From Neptuniibacter sp. (GTDB taxonomy: Bacteria; Pseudomonadota; Gammaproteobacteria; Pseudomonadales; Balneatricaceae): a stretch of DNA of 64,000 nucleotides. A program made the position numbers and the translations under genes. The notes beneath the pieces are model-generated. The model did not search any database. It was not told the DNA's origin and saw nothing but the letters and a program-made list of their open reading frames with translations. Positions 23,125 to 32,225 of the stretch are shown one piece after another. Numbering within the stretch: position 1 is the stretch's first letter; every line of letters begins with the position of its first letter. The stretch lies in contig JBMYLM010000005.1 of assembly GCA_049596335.1 (NCBI GenBank), positions 11,935 to 75,934 on the forward strand, written 5' to 3'.

Positions 23125-23996
23125 TGAAACGCAACATGAAAGATTCCCTGTTTATCCTGTTCCAACATATAGTTCCACAGCATCTGCTTTCCAGATTAGT
23201 GGGCACAATTGCTGACTCTGAAACTCCGTGGGTTAAAAACCTGTTTATTCGCTGGTTCGCAAAGAAATACCAGATAAACATGGCCGAAGCACGGGAAGAG
23301 ATCCCTTCCAATTACCCAAGCTTTAACGCTTTTTTTACGCGTGAACTTAAAGAAGGCGCCCGCCCTATAGATCAGGATCAAAACGCAGTGGTTAGCCCAG
23401 CTGATGGTGCAATCAGCCAGTTAGGTAAAATTGAATCTGGCCGTATATTCCAGGCCAAGGGACGCGGTTACGCCCTGACTACTCTTCTGGGTGGTGACCA
23501 ACAACGGGCCGAACCTTTTGTTAAAGGCAACTTCGCCACCATTTATCTGTCCCCTAGAGATTACCACCGAGTCCATATGCCTGTTGCAGGCACATTAACC
23601 CACACAACTTATATTCCGGGTGATCTTTTCTCAGTGAATCAGACCACTGCTGAAGGCGTTGAACAGTTGTTTGCCCGTAATGAGCGTCTGGTTGCTTATT
23701 TTGATACTGAGTTTGGCCCTATGGCTATGGTTCTGGTGGGCGCAATGATAGTTGCCGGTATTGAAACCGTTTGGAGCGGACAGGAAGCGCCACGCTTGAA
23801 AAAACCAATTCACACCCCATTTATTAATCAGTCCTCTTCTCCAATCAGGTTAGAAAAAGGTGAAGAGATGGGCCGTTTCAAACTGGGTTCTACGGTGATC
23901 CTTCTGTTTGGTGAAAACCGTATATCCTGGGATGAAAGTCTGGATGCAACCAGCCCGGTACAACTGGGTAAAACCATAGCGTTAGCATCCGCATAA
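23124..23996 (+). CDS. psd: Phosphatidylserine decarboxylase proenzyme
   Basis: MKRNMKDSLFILFQHIVPQHLLSRL... and the LGST self-cleavage motif (FKLGSTVILLF). The ATG overlaps the upstream TAA (TAATG). The track's longer start is inside the rhodanese gene. Confidence 0.94.
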   Translation: MKRNMKDSLFILFQHIVPQHLLSRLVGTIADSETPWVKNLFIRWFAKKYQINMAEAREEIPSNYPSFNAFFTRELKEGARPIDQDQNAVVSPADGAISQLGKIESGRIFQAKGRGYALTTLLGGDQQRAEPFVKGNFATIYLSPRDYHRVHMPVAGTLTHTTYIPGDLFSVNQTTAEGVEQLFARNERLVAYFDTEFGPMAMVLVGAMIVAGIETVWSGQEAPRLKKPIHTPFINQSSSPIRLEKGEEMGRFKLGSTVILLFGENRISWDESLDATSPVQLGKTIALASA

Positions 23997-24046
23997 GCGA
24001 TAACCGCACCTTTAAGAATACGCAGTGGGTATTTAAGGCAGAACTG

Positions 24047-25087
24047 ATGAGTGAATTGATCCAATTTTTAGATTCAAAAGGCGTTTCTCTGGCAGACGAT
24101 CAGAAGGCTGTGCTGAGCTCCAGTGATAAATCCACTCTTGTTGTCCCCCTAATCCATCAACGCATTCTTTCAGTGTCAGGCGAAGATACTGAGAAGTTTC
24201 TGCAAGGGCAGCTCACATGTGACGTCAAGACTGTGACCAGCCGCGGCAGTTCACTCGGTGCCCATTGCAACATTAAAGGTCATATGATCAGCCTGTTCAG
24301 ATTACTTGGTGTAAAAAACGACGAGATCTGGATGCGCATGAGCCACGATATCTTTGACTCCGCCCTGACCAACCTGAAGAAATACATTATTTTCTCCACA
24401 GCTGAAGCCACTGACATCAGCGAACAGGTGAGTGGAATTGGCATTACCGGGCCTGGCGCTCAGGCACTGGTGGAACGTTTCTTTGAACAGTCCCCGTCAG
24501 AAGATAATGGTGTATTAAAACTCAGTAATGGCATTGTGGTTCGTGTTCCCGGCAACCGCTACGAGATTTGGATGGAAACCGCTCAACTGGTTGAGTTGCT
24601 GGATAAACTTCCCGATGAAGTAGGTTTGGGTGCAACCAATGACTGGGTTCTGGGTGAAATTGACGCAGCTATTCCAGACCTCAGAGCGGAGACTCAGGAA
24701 GATTTCATCCCACAGATGACCAACCTTCAGGCACTGGATGGCGTGAGTTTTACTAAAGGCTGCTATACAGGTCAGGAAATCGTTACCCGCCTGCAACATC
24801 GCGGTGTACTTAAAAAACCAATGTATGTGGCAGAGGTAAGTTCCGACACAACACCACAGCCAGGGCAAAAGGTCTCTTCGCCTTCAGGTAGTACGGTCGG
24901 TGAAGTCGTTCTGGCCGCGCCTGTTAAATCAGAATCAGCACTGTTCAGAGTCCTTGCTGTGATTAACAAAAAAGCAGCAGATGAAGAGGAACTGCAACTT
25001 GCAGATTCCTCCGCAAGTCTGAGAATTTTAGATCTTCCCTATCAATTGGACCCTGAACTTTTCACCCGCAAAGATCATACTGTTTAA
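24047..25087 (+). CDS. ygfZ: Folate-binding Fe-S/tRNA-modification protein YgfZ
   Basis: 346 aa GcvT-like fold with the signature KGCYTGQEIVTRLQHRG. Confidence 0.88.
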   Translation: MSELIQFLDSKGVSLADDQKAVLSSSDKSTLVVPLIHQRILSVSGEDTEKFLQGQLTCDVKTVTSRGSSLGAHCNIKGHMISLFRLLGVKNDEIWMRMSHDIFDSALTNLKKYIIFSTAEATDISEQVSGIGITGPGAQALVERFFEQSPSEDNGVLKLSNGIVVRVPGNRYEIWMETAQLVELLDKLPDEVGLGATNDWVLGEIDAAIPDLRAETQEDFIPQMTNLQALDGVSFTKGCYTGQEIVTRLQHRGVLKKPMYVAEVSSDTTPQPGQKVSSPSGSTVGEVVLAAPVKSESALFRVLAVINKKAADEEELQLADSSASLRILDLPYQLDPELFTRKDHTV

Positions 25088-25164
25088 TAAAACACCTATA
25101 GTTGACCTAAATTAAAAATACCGTCACACTGCTCGGAAAATAATAATTATCGAGAATTACAGGG

Positions 25165-26424
25165 ATGAAAGAGACCGCTCCGAGCAGTCCAAAGACGCCG
25201 CTGGTTGTAACCGGAATCACAGCCTCCCTGTGTCTATTCTTAGTCCTTCATATTCAGTCAACTTCTAAAAATACACTCACCAAATACCTTCCCTGGATTA
25301 ACGCCACAGCTGAAATAAAATTAGAAGCCACTATGGCTCACCTTAGGCTTGAGAAGCTTCTCTCTGGGGAGAGAGATATTGACGTCGACAAACTGATTGG
25401 ACATTTAAGGCACGCAGAAAAGTTAACCGTAGCTATTCTGGATGGAATAAAGACCGAGAATCAAACCTACCACTCACTATCTGATCCAATTCTGCGCAAA
25501 CATGCAAATCAGTTATTGTTCCAGCTCATCAGTTTTCGGAACGGCACTATCAACTTGATTGCAGCAACTGACTTAAACTCCTCCCAGACCACCCACAACC
25601 AAAATTACGATAACAATTTTTGGACCTTAATTGAGAAAATTGACCATCTCGAATCAGCTATTCAAAACTATGTACAAGAGGAAAAGAAAACAAATGACTC
25701 TTCCTTATTCCTTTTGATTCTCACTATAGGAGGCATGGCAGGTATATCAATTATTGCGATTGCAAAATACACCTTAAGCCGTGCAAATTACATACGTCAG
25801 TTATCCGAAGCAAATAAACGCATTTCAGAACAAAACGCCCAGCTTCTGAAATCCTCCCAAACCGATCAGCTAACAGGCCTGCCCAACCGGCAAATGCTGC
25901 TCACCATAGCCAAACAAATGCCAGGAAGAGTGCATCGTCAGGATATTTGTATGAGCCTGACATTTATCGATCTGGATTTTTTCAAACCCATCAATGATGA
26001 ATTTGGCCACAGCGTTGGCGATAAAGTATTGGTGAGTTTAACCAGTACCATAAAACAACATTTGCGCGATGGTGATGTTCTGGCACGGCTTGCCGGAGAT
26101 GAATTTATCCTGTTGTTACAGGAAAACAGTATTGATGAACTGGAAACGTCGCTGGAGCAAATTCTGGGGCGTATCAGGTCATGCCTTGAAGACCCGATTA
26201 TTCACCACCCCAAAGAGATTCATATTCGTTTTAGCGCAGGTACAGCCGTCGCGCCCAGCCACTCTATGGAATTTGACCAATTACTCCACTTTGCTGACCT
26301 GGCGATGTACGAGAGCAAAAAACAGGGACGTGGACTGCATTACTTTTACGATTCCACCTCTTTCCATAAACACTCAGTTGAAGCGGTTACTGAGCCACCT
26401 GTTCCGGAAGCTGCCACTGAATAG
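25165..26424 (+). CDS. Membrane diguanylate cyclase-family protein (2 TM, periplasmic helical sensor, GGDEF domain with an AGDEF motif)
   Basis: TM1 ([15 protein letters not shown]), a ~150-aa periplasmic region, TM2 ([19 protein letters not shown]), a coiled coil, then GGDEF: [25 protein letters not shown] (RxxD, 26065-26076) and AGDEF (26092-26106). Confidence 0.85.
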   Translation: MKETAPSSPKTPLVVTGITASLCLFLVLHIQSTSKNTLTKYLPWINATAEIKLEATMAHLRLEKLLSGERDIDVDKLIGHLRHAEKLTVAILDGIKTENQTYHSLSDPILRKHANQLLFQLISFRNGTINLIAATDLNSSQTTHNQNYDNNFWTLIEKIDHLESAIQNYVQEEKKTNDSSLFLLILTIGGMAGISIIAIAKYTLSRANYIRQLSEANKRISEQNAQLLKSSQTDQLTGLPNRQMLLTIAKQMPGRVHRQDICMSLTFIDLDFFKPINDEFGHSVGDKVLVSLTSTIKQHLRDGDVLARLAGDEFILLLQENSIDELETSLEQILGRIRSCLEDPIIHHPKEIHIRFSAGTAVAPSHSMEFDQLLHFADLAMYESKKQGRGLHYFYDSTSFHKHSVEAVTEPPVPEAATE

Positions 26425-27076
26425 AGCCTTTCTGATGCTCATCCAGATAAGCATTGGCTTGACTGAAATGCGCGCAGCCTAAAAATCCACGGTGCGCTGA
26501 TAAAGGTGAAGGGTGCGGCGCTTTTAAAACCAAGTGCTTTTGCGCATCAATGCACGATCCTTTCTTTTGTGCGTAACTTCCCCACAACATGAACACTACA
26601 TTTTCGCACTGTTCATTCACCTGCTTAATAACGGCATCTGTAAAGACTTCCCAACCTTTTCCCTGATGAGAACCGGCATTTGACTGCTCTACCGTCAGAA
26701 CACTGTTGAGGAGTAAAACACCCTGCTTCGCCCAGGATTCCAGATAACCGTGACCAACCGGCTGGATATTCAGATCTGCCGCAAGCTCTTTATAGATATT
26801 CACCAGTGAAGGCGGCACTTTGACCCCTGGCAAAACAGAGAAACATAAACCATGCGCCTGACCCGGCTGATGGTAAGGGTCCTGACCCAGAATAACCACT
26901 TTGACCTGATCCAATGGCGTTGCTTCCAAAGCATGAAACCAGTTTTCGGAATGGGGGTAGATTATTTTTTTGTGATCTTTTTGCTGGCGCAGAAACTCTT
27001 TCAAATTCTGCATATAAGGTTGAGTGAACTGGTCAGCAAGGACTGCATTCCAGCTTGGAGCTGACTCAAGAGCCAT
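26387..27076 (-). CDS. ung: Uracil-DNA glycosylase
   Basis: [21 protein letters not shown] and the HPSPLSA motif. Start set at [12 protein letters not shown] (GGTGGA 7 nt upstream). The 3' end overlaps the convergent GGDEF gene by 38 nt. Confidence 0.95.
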   Translation of the reverse strand: MALESAPSWNAVLADQFTQPYMQNLKEFLRQQKDHKKIIYPHSENWFHALEATPLDQVKVVILGQDPYHQPGQAHGLCFSVLPGVKVPPSLVNIYKELAADLNIQPVGHGYLESWAKQGVLLLNSVLTVEQSNAGSHQGKGWEVFTDAVIKQVNEQCENVVFMLWGSYAQKKGSCIDAQKHLVLKAPHPSPLSAHRGFLGCAHFSQANAYLDEHQKGSIQWQLPEQVAQ

Positions 27077-27080
27077 AAAG

Positions 27081-27572
27081 TTATCCACCACAGTCTTTAA
27101 TTTCTTCAGGGCCTAACTGTAGCGGTTCTGTGATTATGCGTCGATGCCAGATTGAATAATATCTCAGACGACCTGGTGCATGAGAAACAATGCCTGAAAT
27201 GATGATCACCAGAAAATACACCCAGGCTGCTGGCTGCTCAAACCACCAGATCATGGTGGAGAGAAGTAACAATTTAATGCCAATCGCGGTCCCGCGCATC
27301 TGGATCAACCAGATACCATCACAATAGATTTCCATCGCAGCCATGACAAAACCACTGACGATTGTGAGTGCCAGATAGAGCCACCAGCTGCTATACGGCT
27401 GGTCATAGAGGTATGCCCCGGCCAAACCGGCTATACCCACCAGGTGCAGAGTACGCAGTGAGATACTAAACCAGCGTTTGTGTGGAATAACTCGTTTCTC
27501 TTGAGGGAATAACCAATTCATCAATACATTATATTCAGAAGCGCTAATGAAAATATATGTGCCATTGGTCAT
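27081..27572 (-). CDS. Hypothetical integral membrane protein (about 4 TM)
   Basis: 163 aa with strongly hydrophobic segments and a plausible coding pattern. The stop is 4 nt before the ung ATG. I recognise no family. The start is uncertain (27572 or the internal MNWLF at 27521). Confidence 0.6.
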   Translation of the reverse strand: MTNGTYIFISASEYNVLMNWLFPQEKRVIPHKRWFSISLRTLHLVGIAGLAGAYLYDQPYSSWWLYLALTIVSGFVMAAMEIYCDGIWLIQMRGTAIGIKLLLLSTMIWWFEQPAAWVYFLVIIISGIVSHAPGRLRYYSIWHRRIITEPLQLGPEEIKDCGG

Positions 27573-27600
27573 AAAAATAAAGCCCTCAAATGAGGGCTTT
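27571..27600 (-). terminator. Rho-independent terminator after lysS
   Basis: The minus strand reads AAGCCCTCAtttGAGGGCTTtatttttat, starting 9 nt after the lysS stop. Confidence 0.75.
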
Positions 27601-27608
27601 ATGATCTG

Positions 27609-29111
27609 TTAACCGCGTGGGCGCATGGCCGGGAATAAAATAACATCCCTGATGGATGGTGAGTCTGTAAACAACATCACCAAACGGTCGATACCAATAC
27701 CCTCACCCGCTGTTGGCGGCAGGCCGTATTCAAGGGCATTGATGTAATCAGCATCGAAATGCATCGCTTCATCATCACCGGCATCTTTCTCAGCAACCTG
27801 TTGCTGGAAACGTTCCGCCTGATCTTCAGAGTCATTCAACTCCGAGAAACCATTCGCCAGTTCACGACCACCCACAAAGAATTCAAAGCGGTCTGTGATA
27901 AACGGGTTATCATCATTACGACGTGCCAGAGGAGAAACCTCTGCCGGATACTCTGTAATGAACGTTGGCTGATCCAGACGGTGCTCAACAGTTTTCTCGA
28001 AGATCTCGATCTGAACCTTACCCAGGCCCCAGCTGTCTTTTACATCGATATCCATACGCTGCGCAATCTGACGAGCAGCATGCTCATCGGCCAGCGCTTC
28101 AGCGGTAATGTCATCGTTATAGTGCAGGATAGAATCAAACACACTGATGCGGGTAAACGGCTTAGACAGGTCGTACTCGAATGTTTCCAGCACTTCGCCT
28201 TCTTCGTTACGTACTGTATTCACGATAGTCGTGGTACCCAATACATCCTGCGCCACGGTACGCAACATATCTTCGGTCAGGTCCATCAGGTCACGGTAAT
28301 CCGCATAGGCCTGGTAGAACTCAATCATAGTGAACTCAGGGTTATGACGAGTAGAGAGACCTTCGTTTCGGAAGTTACGGTTGATTTCGAATACACGCTC
28401 AAAACCACCCACGACCAGACGCTTAAGGTATAGCTCTGGTGCAATACGAAGATACATATCACGATCCAGCGCATTGTGATGCGTGATGAACGGGCGTGCA
28501 GTTGCACCACCTGGAATCACCTGAAGCATCGGCGTTTCCGCTTCAATAAAGCGGCGCTCAGTCAGGTAATTACGGATACCTGCAACAATTTTTGAACGGA
28601 CTTCAAAAACCTTACGAGCTTCTTCATTAGTGATCAGATCAACATAACGCTGACGGTAACGGATCTCTGTATCCTGCAGACCTTTGTGCTTATCGGGTAG
28701 CGGGCGCAGGTTCTTAGTCAGCAGTTCATACTCACCCATGTCCACATACAGGTCGCCTTTACCCGACTTGTGCAGTTCACCGGTAATGCCAACGATATCG
28801 CCAAGATCCAGGCTTTTCGCAAACTTACGCGCTTCTTTGTTCACGTAGAACTGGATACGTCCAGACATATCCTGAATAACACCGAAGGCACCGCGGTTCA
28901 GCATTACCCGGCCAGCAATACTCACCTTGATGCCTGCTTCTGCCAGCTCTTCCTTGGTTTTGTCACCATACTGTTCCTGCAGATCAGCCGCATAGCTGTC
29001 GCGACGGAAAGAGTTAGGAAATGCTTTACCCTCTTCGCGTAAAGCAGCGAGTTTTTCACGACGCTCAGCGATCAGGCGGTTATCATCTTGCTTCTGAGTA
29101 TTATCAGACAT
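27609..29111 (-). CDS. lysS: Lysyl-tRNA synthetase (class II)
   Basis: 500 aa with an OB anticodon-binding domain and class II motifs ([14 protein letters not shown]). prfB-lysS pairing as in E. coli. Confidence 0.97.
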   Translation of the reverse strand: MSDNTQKQDDNRLIAERREKLAALREEGKAFPNSFRRDSYAADLQEQYGDKTKEELAEAGIKVSIAGRVMLNRGAFGVIQDMSGRIQFYVNKEARKFAKSLDLGDIVGITGELHKSGKGDLYVDMGEYELLTKNLRPLPDKHKGLQDTEIRYRQRYVDLITNEEARKVFEVRSKIVAGIRNYLTERRFIEAETPMLQVIPGGATARPFITHHNALDRDMYLRIAPELYLKRLVVGGFERVFEINRNFRNEGLSTRHNPEFTMIEFYQAYADYRDLMDLTEDMLRTVAQDVLGTTTIVNTVRNEEGEVLETFEYDLSKPFTRISVFDSILHYNDDITAEALADEHAARQIAQRMDIDVKDSWGLGKVQIEIFEKTVEHRLDQPTFITEYPAEVSPLARRNDDNPFITDRFEFFVGGRELANGFSELNDSEDQAERFQQQVAEKDAGDDEAMHFDADYINALEYGLPPTAGEGIGIDRLVMLFTDSPSIRDVILFPAMRPRG

Positions 29112-29144
29112 CGGTTTGTTAGACCTTTAAGTTGGTAAAATTCT

Positions 29145-30239
29145 TTACAGACCAGCTTTGAGACTGGCTTCGATAAACATGTCCAGATCACCGTCCAACA
29201 CTTTGTCACAGTTGGAACTCTGCACACCTGTACGCAAATCTTTTATGCGCTGATCATCCAGCACGTATGAACGGATCTGACTACCCCAGCCGATATCCGC
29301 TTTGTTGTCTTCCTGCTCTTGCGCTGCTTCAGTACGTTTCAGCATCTCTACTTCGTAGAGTTTAGCTCGCAGCTGTTTCATACAGGTATCTTTGTTCTGA
29401 TGCTGAGAACGCTGGGCCTGACTCTGAACCACGATGCCGGATGGCTCGTGGGTAATACGCACCGCCGATTCTGTTCTGTTTACGTGCTGACCACCGGCAC
29501 CGGAAGCGCGGTAAACATCCACACGAAGGTCTGCCGGATTGATTTCGATCTCAATGTTGTCATCGATTTCAGGCGATACAAAGACAGACGAGAAAGAAGT
29601 ATGACGGCGACCGCCGGAATCAAACGGTGATTTACGCACTAAACGGTGAACACCGGTTTCTGTACGTAGCCAGCCAAAGGCATATTCACCCTGGAAGCTG
29701 ATAGTGGCTGATTTAATACCTGCCACATCACCCGCGGAGCATTCCAGCAGTTCGGTTTTAAAACCTTTATCTTCACCCCAACGCAGGTACATTCTCAGCA
29801 TCATTTCAGCCCAGTCCTGAGCTTCTGTACCGCCAGAACCCGCCTGAATATCCAGGAAGGCATTGTTCGGATCAGCTTCACCAGAAAACATACGACGGAA
29901 TTCCAGTTTCTGAAGTTTATCGAGCATGGCTGAAACATCATTTTCAACCTCAGCCACCGTGTCCTCGTCATCTTCTTCAACAGCCATGTCGAGTAGGTCG
30001 CGAGTATCACCAACACCGGCAGTCAATTCATCGATTGTGCCAACGACTGCTTCAAGCGTAGAGCGTTCTTTACCCAACTGCTGTGCATTTTCTGGGTTAT
30101 CCCAAACAGCCGGATCTTCCAATTCACGCGTCACCTCTTCCAGACGTTCCTGCTTACCTTCGTAATCAAGGAATCCTCGCAGCGCTTCTGTACGCTCCGT
30201 AATGTCTTTGAGGGCATTGAGAATAGGATTAATTTCCAT
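29145..30239 (-). CDS. prfB: Peptide chain release factor 2, encoded as one uninterrupted frame
   Basis: 364 aa with the SPF tripeptide (RKSPFDS) and GGQ (SGAGGQHVN). The N-terminus [29 protein letters not shown] is contiguous with the rest of the protein, so there is no in-frame UGA. Confidence 0.96.
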   Translation of the reverse strand: MEINPILNALKDITERTEALRGFLDYEGKQERLEEVTRELEDPAVWDNPENAQQLGKERSTLEAVVGTIDELTAGVGDTRDLLDMAVEEDDEDTVAEVENDVSAMLDKLQKLEFRRMFSGEADPNNAFLDIQAGSGGTEAQDWAEMMLRMYLRWGEDKGFKTELLECSAGDVAGIKSATISFQGEYAFGWLRTETGVHRLVRKSPFDSGGRRHTSFSSVFVSPEIDDNIEIEINPADLRVDVYRASGAGGQHVNRTESAVRITHEPSGIVVQSQAQRSQHQNKDTCMKQLRAKLYEVEMLKRTEAAQEQEDNKADIGWGSQIRSYVLDDQRIKDLRTGVQSSNCDKVLDGDLDMFIEASLKAGL

Positions 30240-30385
30240 GGTATCGCTTCGTAACCGGCTGTTTAAAAAAGGGCAGCAATTTTACCGAAATTAAGCGCTT
30301 AACACTACCTGTTTGAGTGGTTTTTCTAACAATAAAAGCGAAGATGTGGCACCCAGCTAACGCATTCTTATCAGGGCTGGATACT

Positions 30386-30630
30386 AGTCCGGATATTTCA
30401 CAAAGGCGCTCTGCATATCTCTGCAAGACCTAGTTGATTGGACTTTCCGCTCATATTAGAAAGTCAGACTATGTAACCGGATTGCGCTGATCGGATTTCT
30501 GAAAAATCTGACGTTGCATCTGATCCGATCTTCCTTGAGCCGTGGACTAACCATGGCTTGGCGAAAGATAGAATCACCTGCTTAGCCAGATTTCCCAGAA
30601 ATTCCGATCCCTTCATGAAATATCCGGGCT
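30386..30630. other. Structured intergenic element with nested inverted repeats (candidate ncRNA or MITE-like repeat; function unknown)
   Basis: Outer inverted repeat AGTCCGGATATTTCA (30386-30400) / TGAAATATCCGGGCT (30616-30630), 14/15. Inner inverted repeat 30489-30510 / 30587-30609, about 20 bp. Local hairpins at 30441-30465 and around 30532-30560. See findings. Confidence 0.4.
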
Positions 30631-30726
30631 AAGTGTTTAGATTGGTAGGGAGGTTAACTGATTTGAAGTGAAACATGAGAGAGATCCCAGATAAGGAATC
30701 CCTCACCACTGCACTTTCGCGCGTAC

Positions 30727-31248
30727 TCAGTCCATACCAAATTCTGTGAGAATCTGCTGGCACCATTGCTGAACCCGACCCTGAGTTTCACCATGCTGGC
30801 AATCCTCGTCAATTGCCAGGCCAACAAACTGTGTACGGTCTTCTGTTAAGGCCTTTGAATCTTCAAATTTATAACCATCAGCAGACCAGTAACCGACCAT
30901 AACAGCGCCCTGTTCCTGCACTCGATCATGCAGAAGCCCCATAGCATCAAGAAACCATTCGCTGTAGCCAATCTGATCACCCAGACCAAACACTGCACAG
31001 GTTTTACCCTGCAGTTGAGCTTTTTCAAGGATCGTCCACATATCAGCCCAGTCTTCCTGCAGCTCACCAAAATCCCAGGTGGGTATTCCCAGAATCAGAT
31101 GCTCATATTCACTCAGACTGTCTAAGCCATCTGCTGCTATATCAATGCGATGGATCTTATCAAAGCCAATTTGTTCAGAAATCAACTCGGCAACACTTTC
31201 CGTATTACCGGTTGTGGAGCCATAAAACAGACCAATAGGACAACTCAT
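30727..31248 (-). CDS. fldB: Long-chain flavodoxin (FldB-like)
   Basis: 173 aa with GLFYGSTTGNTE, ILGIPTWDFGELQEDW and GLGDQIGYSEWFLDAMG, close to the E. coli FldB pattern. Confidence 0.9.
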   Translation of the reverse strand: MSCPIGLFYGSTTGNTESVAELISEQIGFDKIHRIDIAADGLDSLSEYEHLILGIPTWDFGELQEDWADMWTILEKAQLQGKTCAVFGLGDQIGYSEWFLDAMGLLHDRVQEQGAVMVGYWSADGYKFEDSKALTEDRTQFVGLAIDEDCQHGETQGRVQQWCQQILTEFGMD

Positions 31249-31277
31249 ATTACTACTCTAAGCTCAAATTTAAGGCA

Positions 31278-31303
31278 CAAAAAAACAGCACTAGAAGTGC
31301 TGT
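31278..31303 (-). terminator. Rho-independent terminator after the phasin-like gene
   Basis: The minus strand reads ACAGCACttctaGTGCTGTtttttttg. Confidence 0.75.
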
Positions 31304-31317
31304 TTCCTGTTTATAAT

Positions 31318-31650
31318 TTATTTATTAAATGCATCAAACGCCGAACGAGCTATATCTTCAATCTCTTCTCGAGCGTCATGCAGTGCCTGCATATTCTGGT
31401 CACTGGCACTTTTTAATGTCTCTTCAAGTTCTTTAGCATAGCTACGCTGGAGTTCAATCAAATCCGTTGGAGACTGGCATTTTTGCAGTTCTTTAGTCTG
31501 CTGAATGGTTGCCTGAATACAGGATTTTGTGCACTCCATCTGCTGCCTGGTAAGTTCTTCCAGCATTTTAGTTTGGATGTTTACCAGATCTTTAAAAGGG
31601 CCCATTGAATCTGTAATTTTTTTATTCATATCTTGGAACATAGTGGTCAC
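31318..31650 (-). CDS. Phasin-family (PHA granule-associated-like) small helical protein
   Basis: 110 aa, all-helical and Q/E/K-rich (NIQTKMLEELTRQQMECTKSCIQATIQQTKELQKCQSPTDLIELQ). It resembles phasin_2-type proteins. The call is tentative. Confidence 0.5.
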   Translation of the reverse strand: MTTMFQDMNKKITDSMGPFKDLVNIQTKMLEELTRQQMECTKSCIQATIQQTKELQKCQSPTDLIELQRSYAKELEETLKSASDQNMQALHDAREEIEDIARSAFDAFNK

Positions 31651-31813
31651 CTTCCCTACTCAAACATCAGATAAGACCGATATTGATTACAATAAAAACA
31701 TTCTACACCGAGAAAGGCAAAACCTCAGACTCAAAAATGCTTAACTATAATGCTACTTTAGGCATGAAACAGCACAATCTACACTGCATTTTAACAAACT
31801 CAGGAATGAATTA

Positions 31814-32206
31814 ATGCGCCTCCTACATACAATGCTACGCGTTACTGATCTGGAACAATCAATCGAGTTCTATACCTCTACCCTTGGCATGACTCTGCTG
31901 CGCAAGCGCGATTACCCCGATGGCAGTTTCACTCTGGCCTTTTTAGGTTATGGTCCGGAATCTGAACATACTGCACTGGAACTGACTCATAACTGGGATC
32001 AGGATTCTTATGATCTGGGAGATGCCTTCGGCCACATAGCAATTGAAGTGGAAGATGTATACGCTGCCTGTGACGAGATAAAAGCAAAAGGTGGTACAGT
32101 TGTCAGAGAAGCGGGTCCTATGAAACATGGCAGCACAGTACTGGCGTTTGTTAAAGACCCTGACGGCTACATGATTGAGCTTTTAGGCACTAAACGTAGC
32201 GATTAG
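31814..32206 (+). CDS. gloA: Lactoylglutathione lyase (glyoxalase I)
   Basis: MRLLHTMLRVTDLEQSIEFYTSTLGM...LELTHNW...GHIAIEV...GYMIELL is a canonical GloA. Confidence 0.95.
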   Translation: MRLLHTMLRVTDLEQSIEFYTSTLGMTLLRKRDYPDGSFTLAFLGYGPESEHTALELTHNWDQDSYDLGDAFGHIAIEVEDVYAACDEIKAKGGTVVREAGPMKHGSTVLAFVKDPDGYMIELLGTKRSD

Positions 32207-32225
32207 CCAACCTAGTTTAATTTCC

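Noticed and set aside
26387-26424. The 38-nt convergent overlap of the AGDEF gene with ung, and the 4-nt TTAA stop overlap of queG/orn at 18831-18834, considered as possible antisense regulation.
   Set aside because: Short 3'-3' overlaps are common in compact genomes. The GGDEF tail (…[10 protein letters not shown]) is probably a non-conserved extension. Nothing beyond adjacency supports regulation.
30464-30616. A 50-codon ORF on the minus strand inside the structured spacer (MKGSEFLGNLAKQVILSFAKPWLVHGSRKIGSDATSDFSEIRSAQSGYIV).
   Set aside because: There is no Shine-Dalgarno-like sequence upstream of the ATG, and the ATG lies inside the outer inverted-repeat arm. The composition is unremarkable and the ORF is probably fortuitous. 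It is kept only as a note under the spacer finding.
30386-30630. The possibility that the fldB-prfB spacer encodes 6S RNA (ssrS) or RNase P RNA. A GGAAAGTCC string, reminiscent of RNase P CR-I, occurs on the minus strand at about 30440-30450.
   Set aside because: I see no recognisable similarity to the E. coli 6S sequence or its architecture (long closing helix plus large central bubble). The other universally conserved RNase P blocks are absent and the element is too short. The 9-mer is part of a simple local hairpin.
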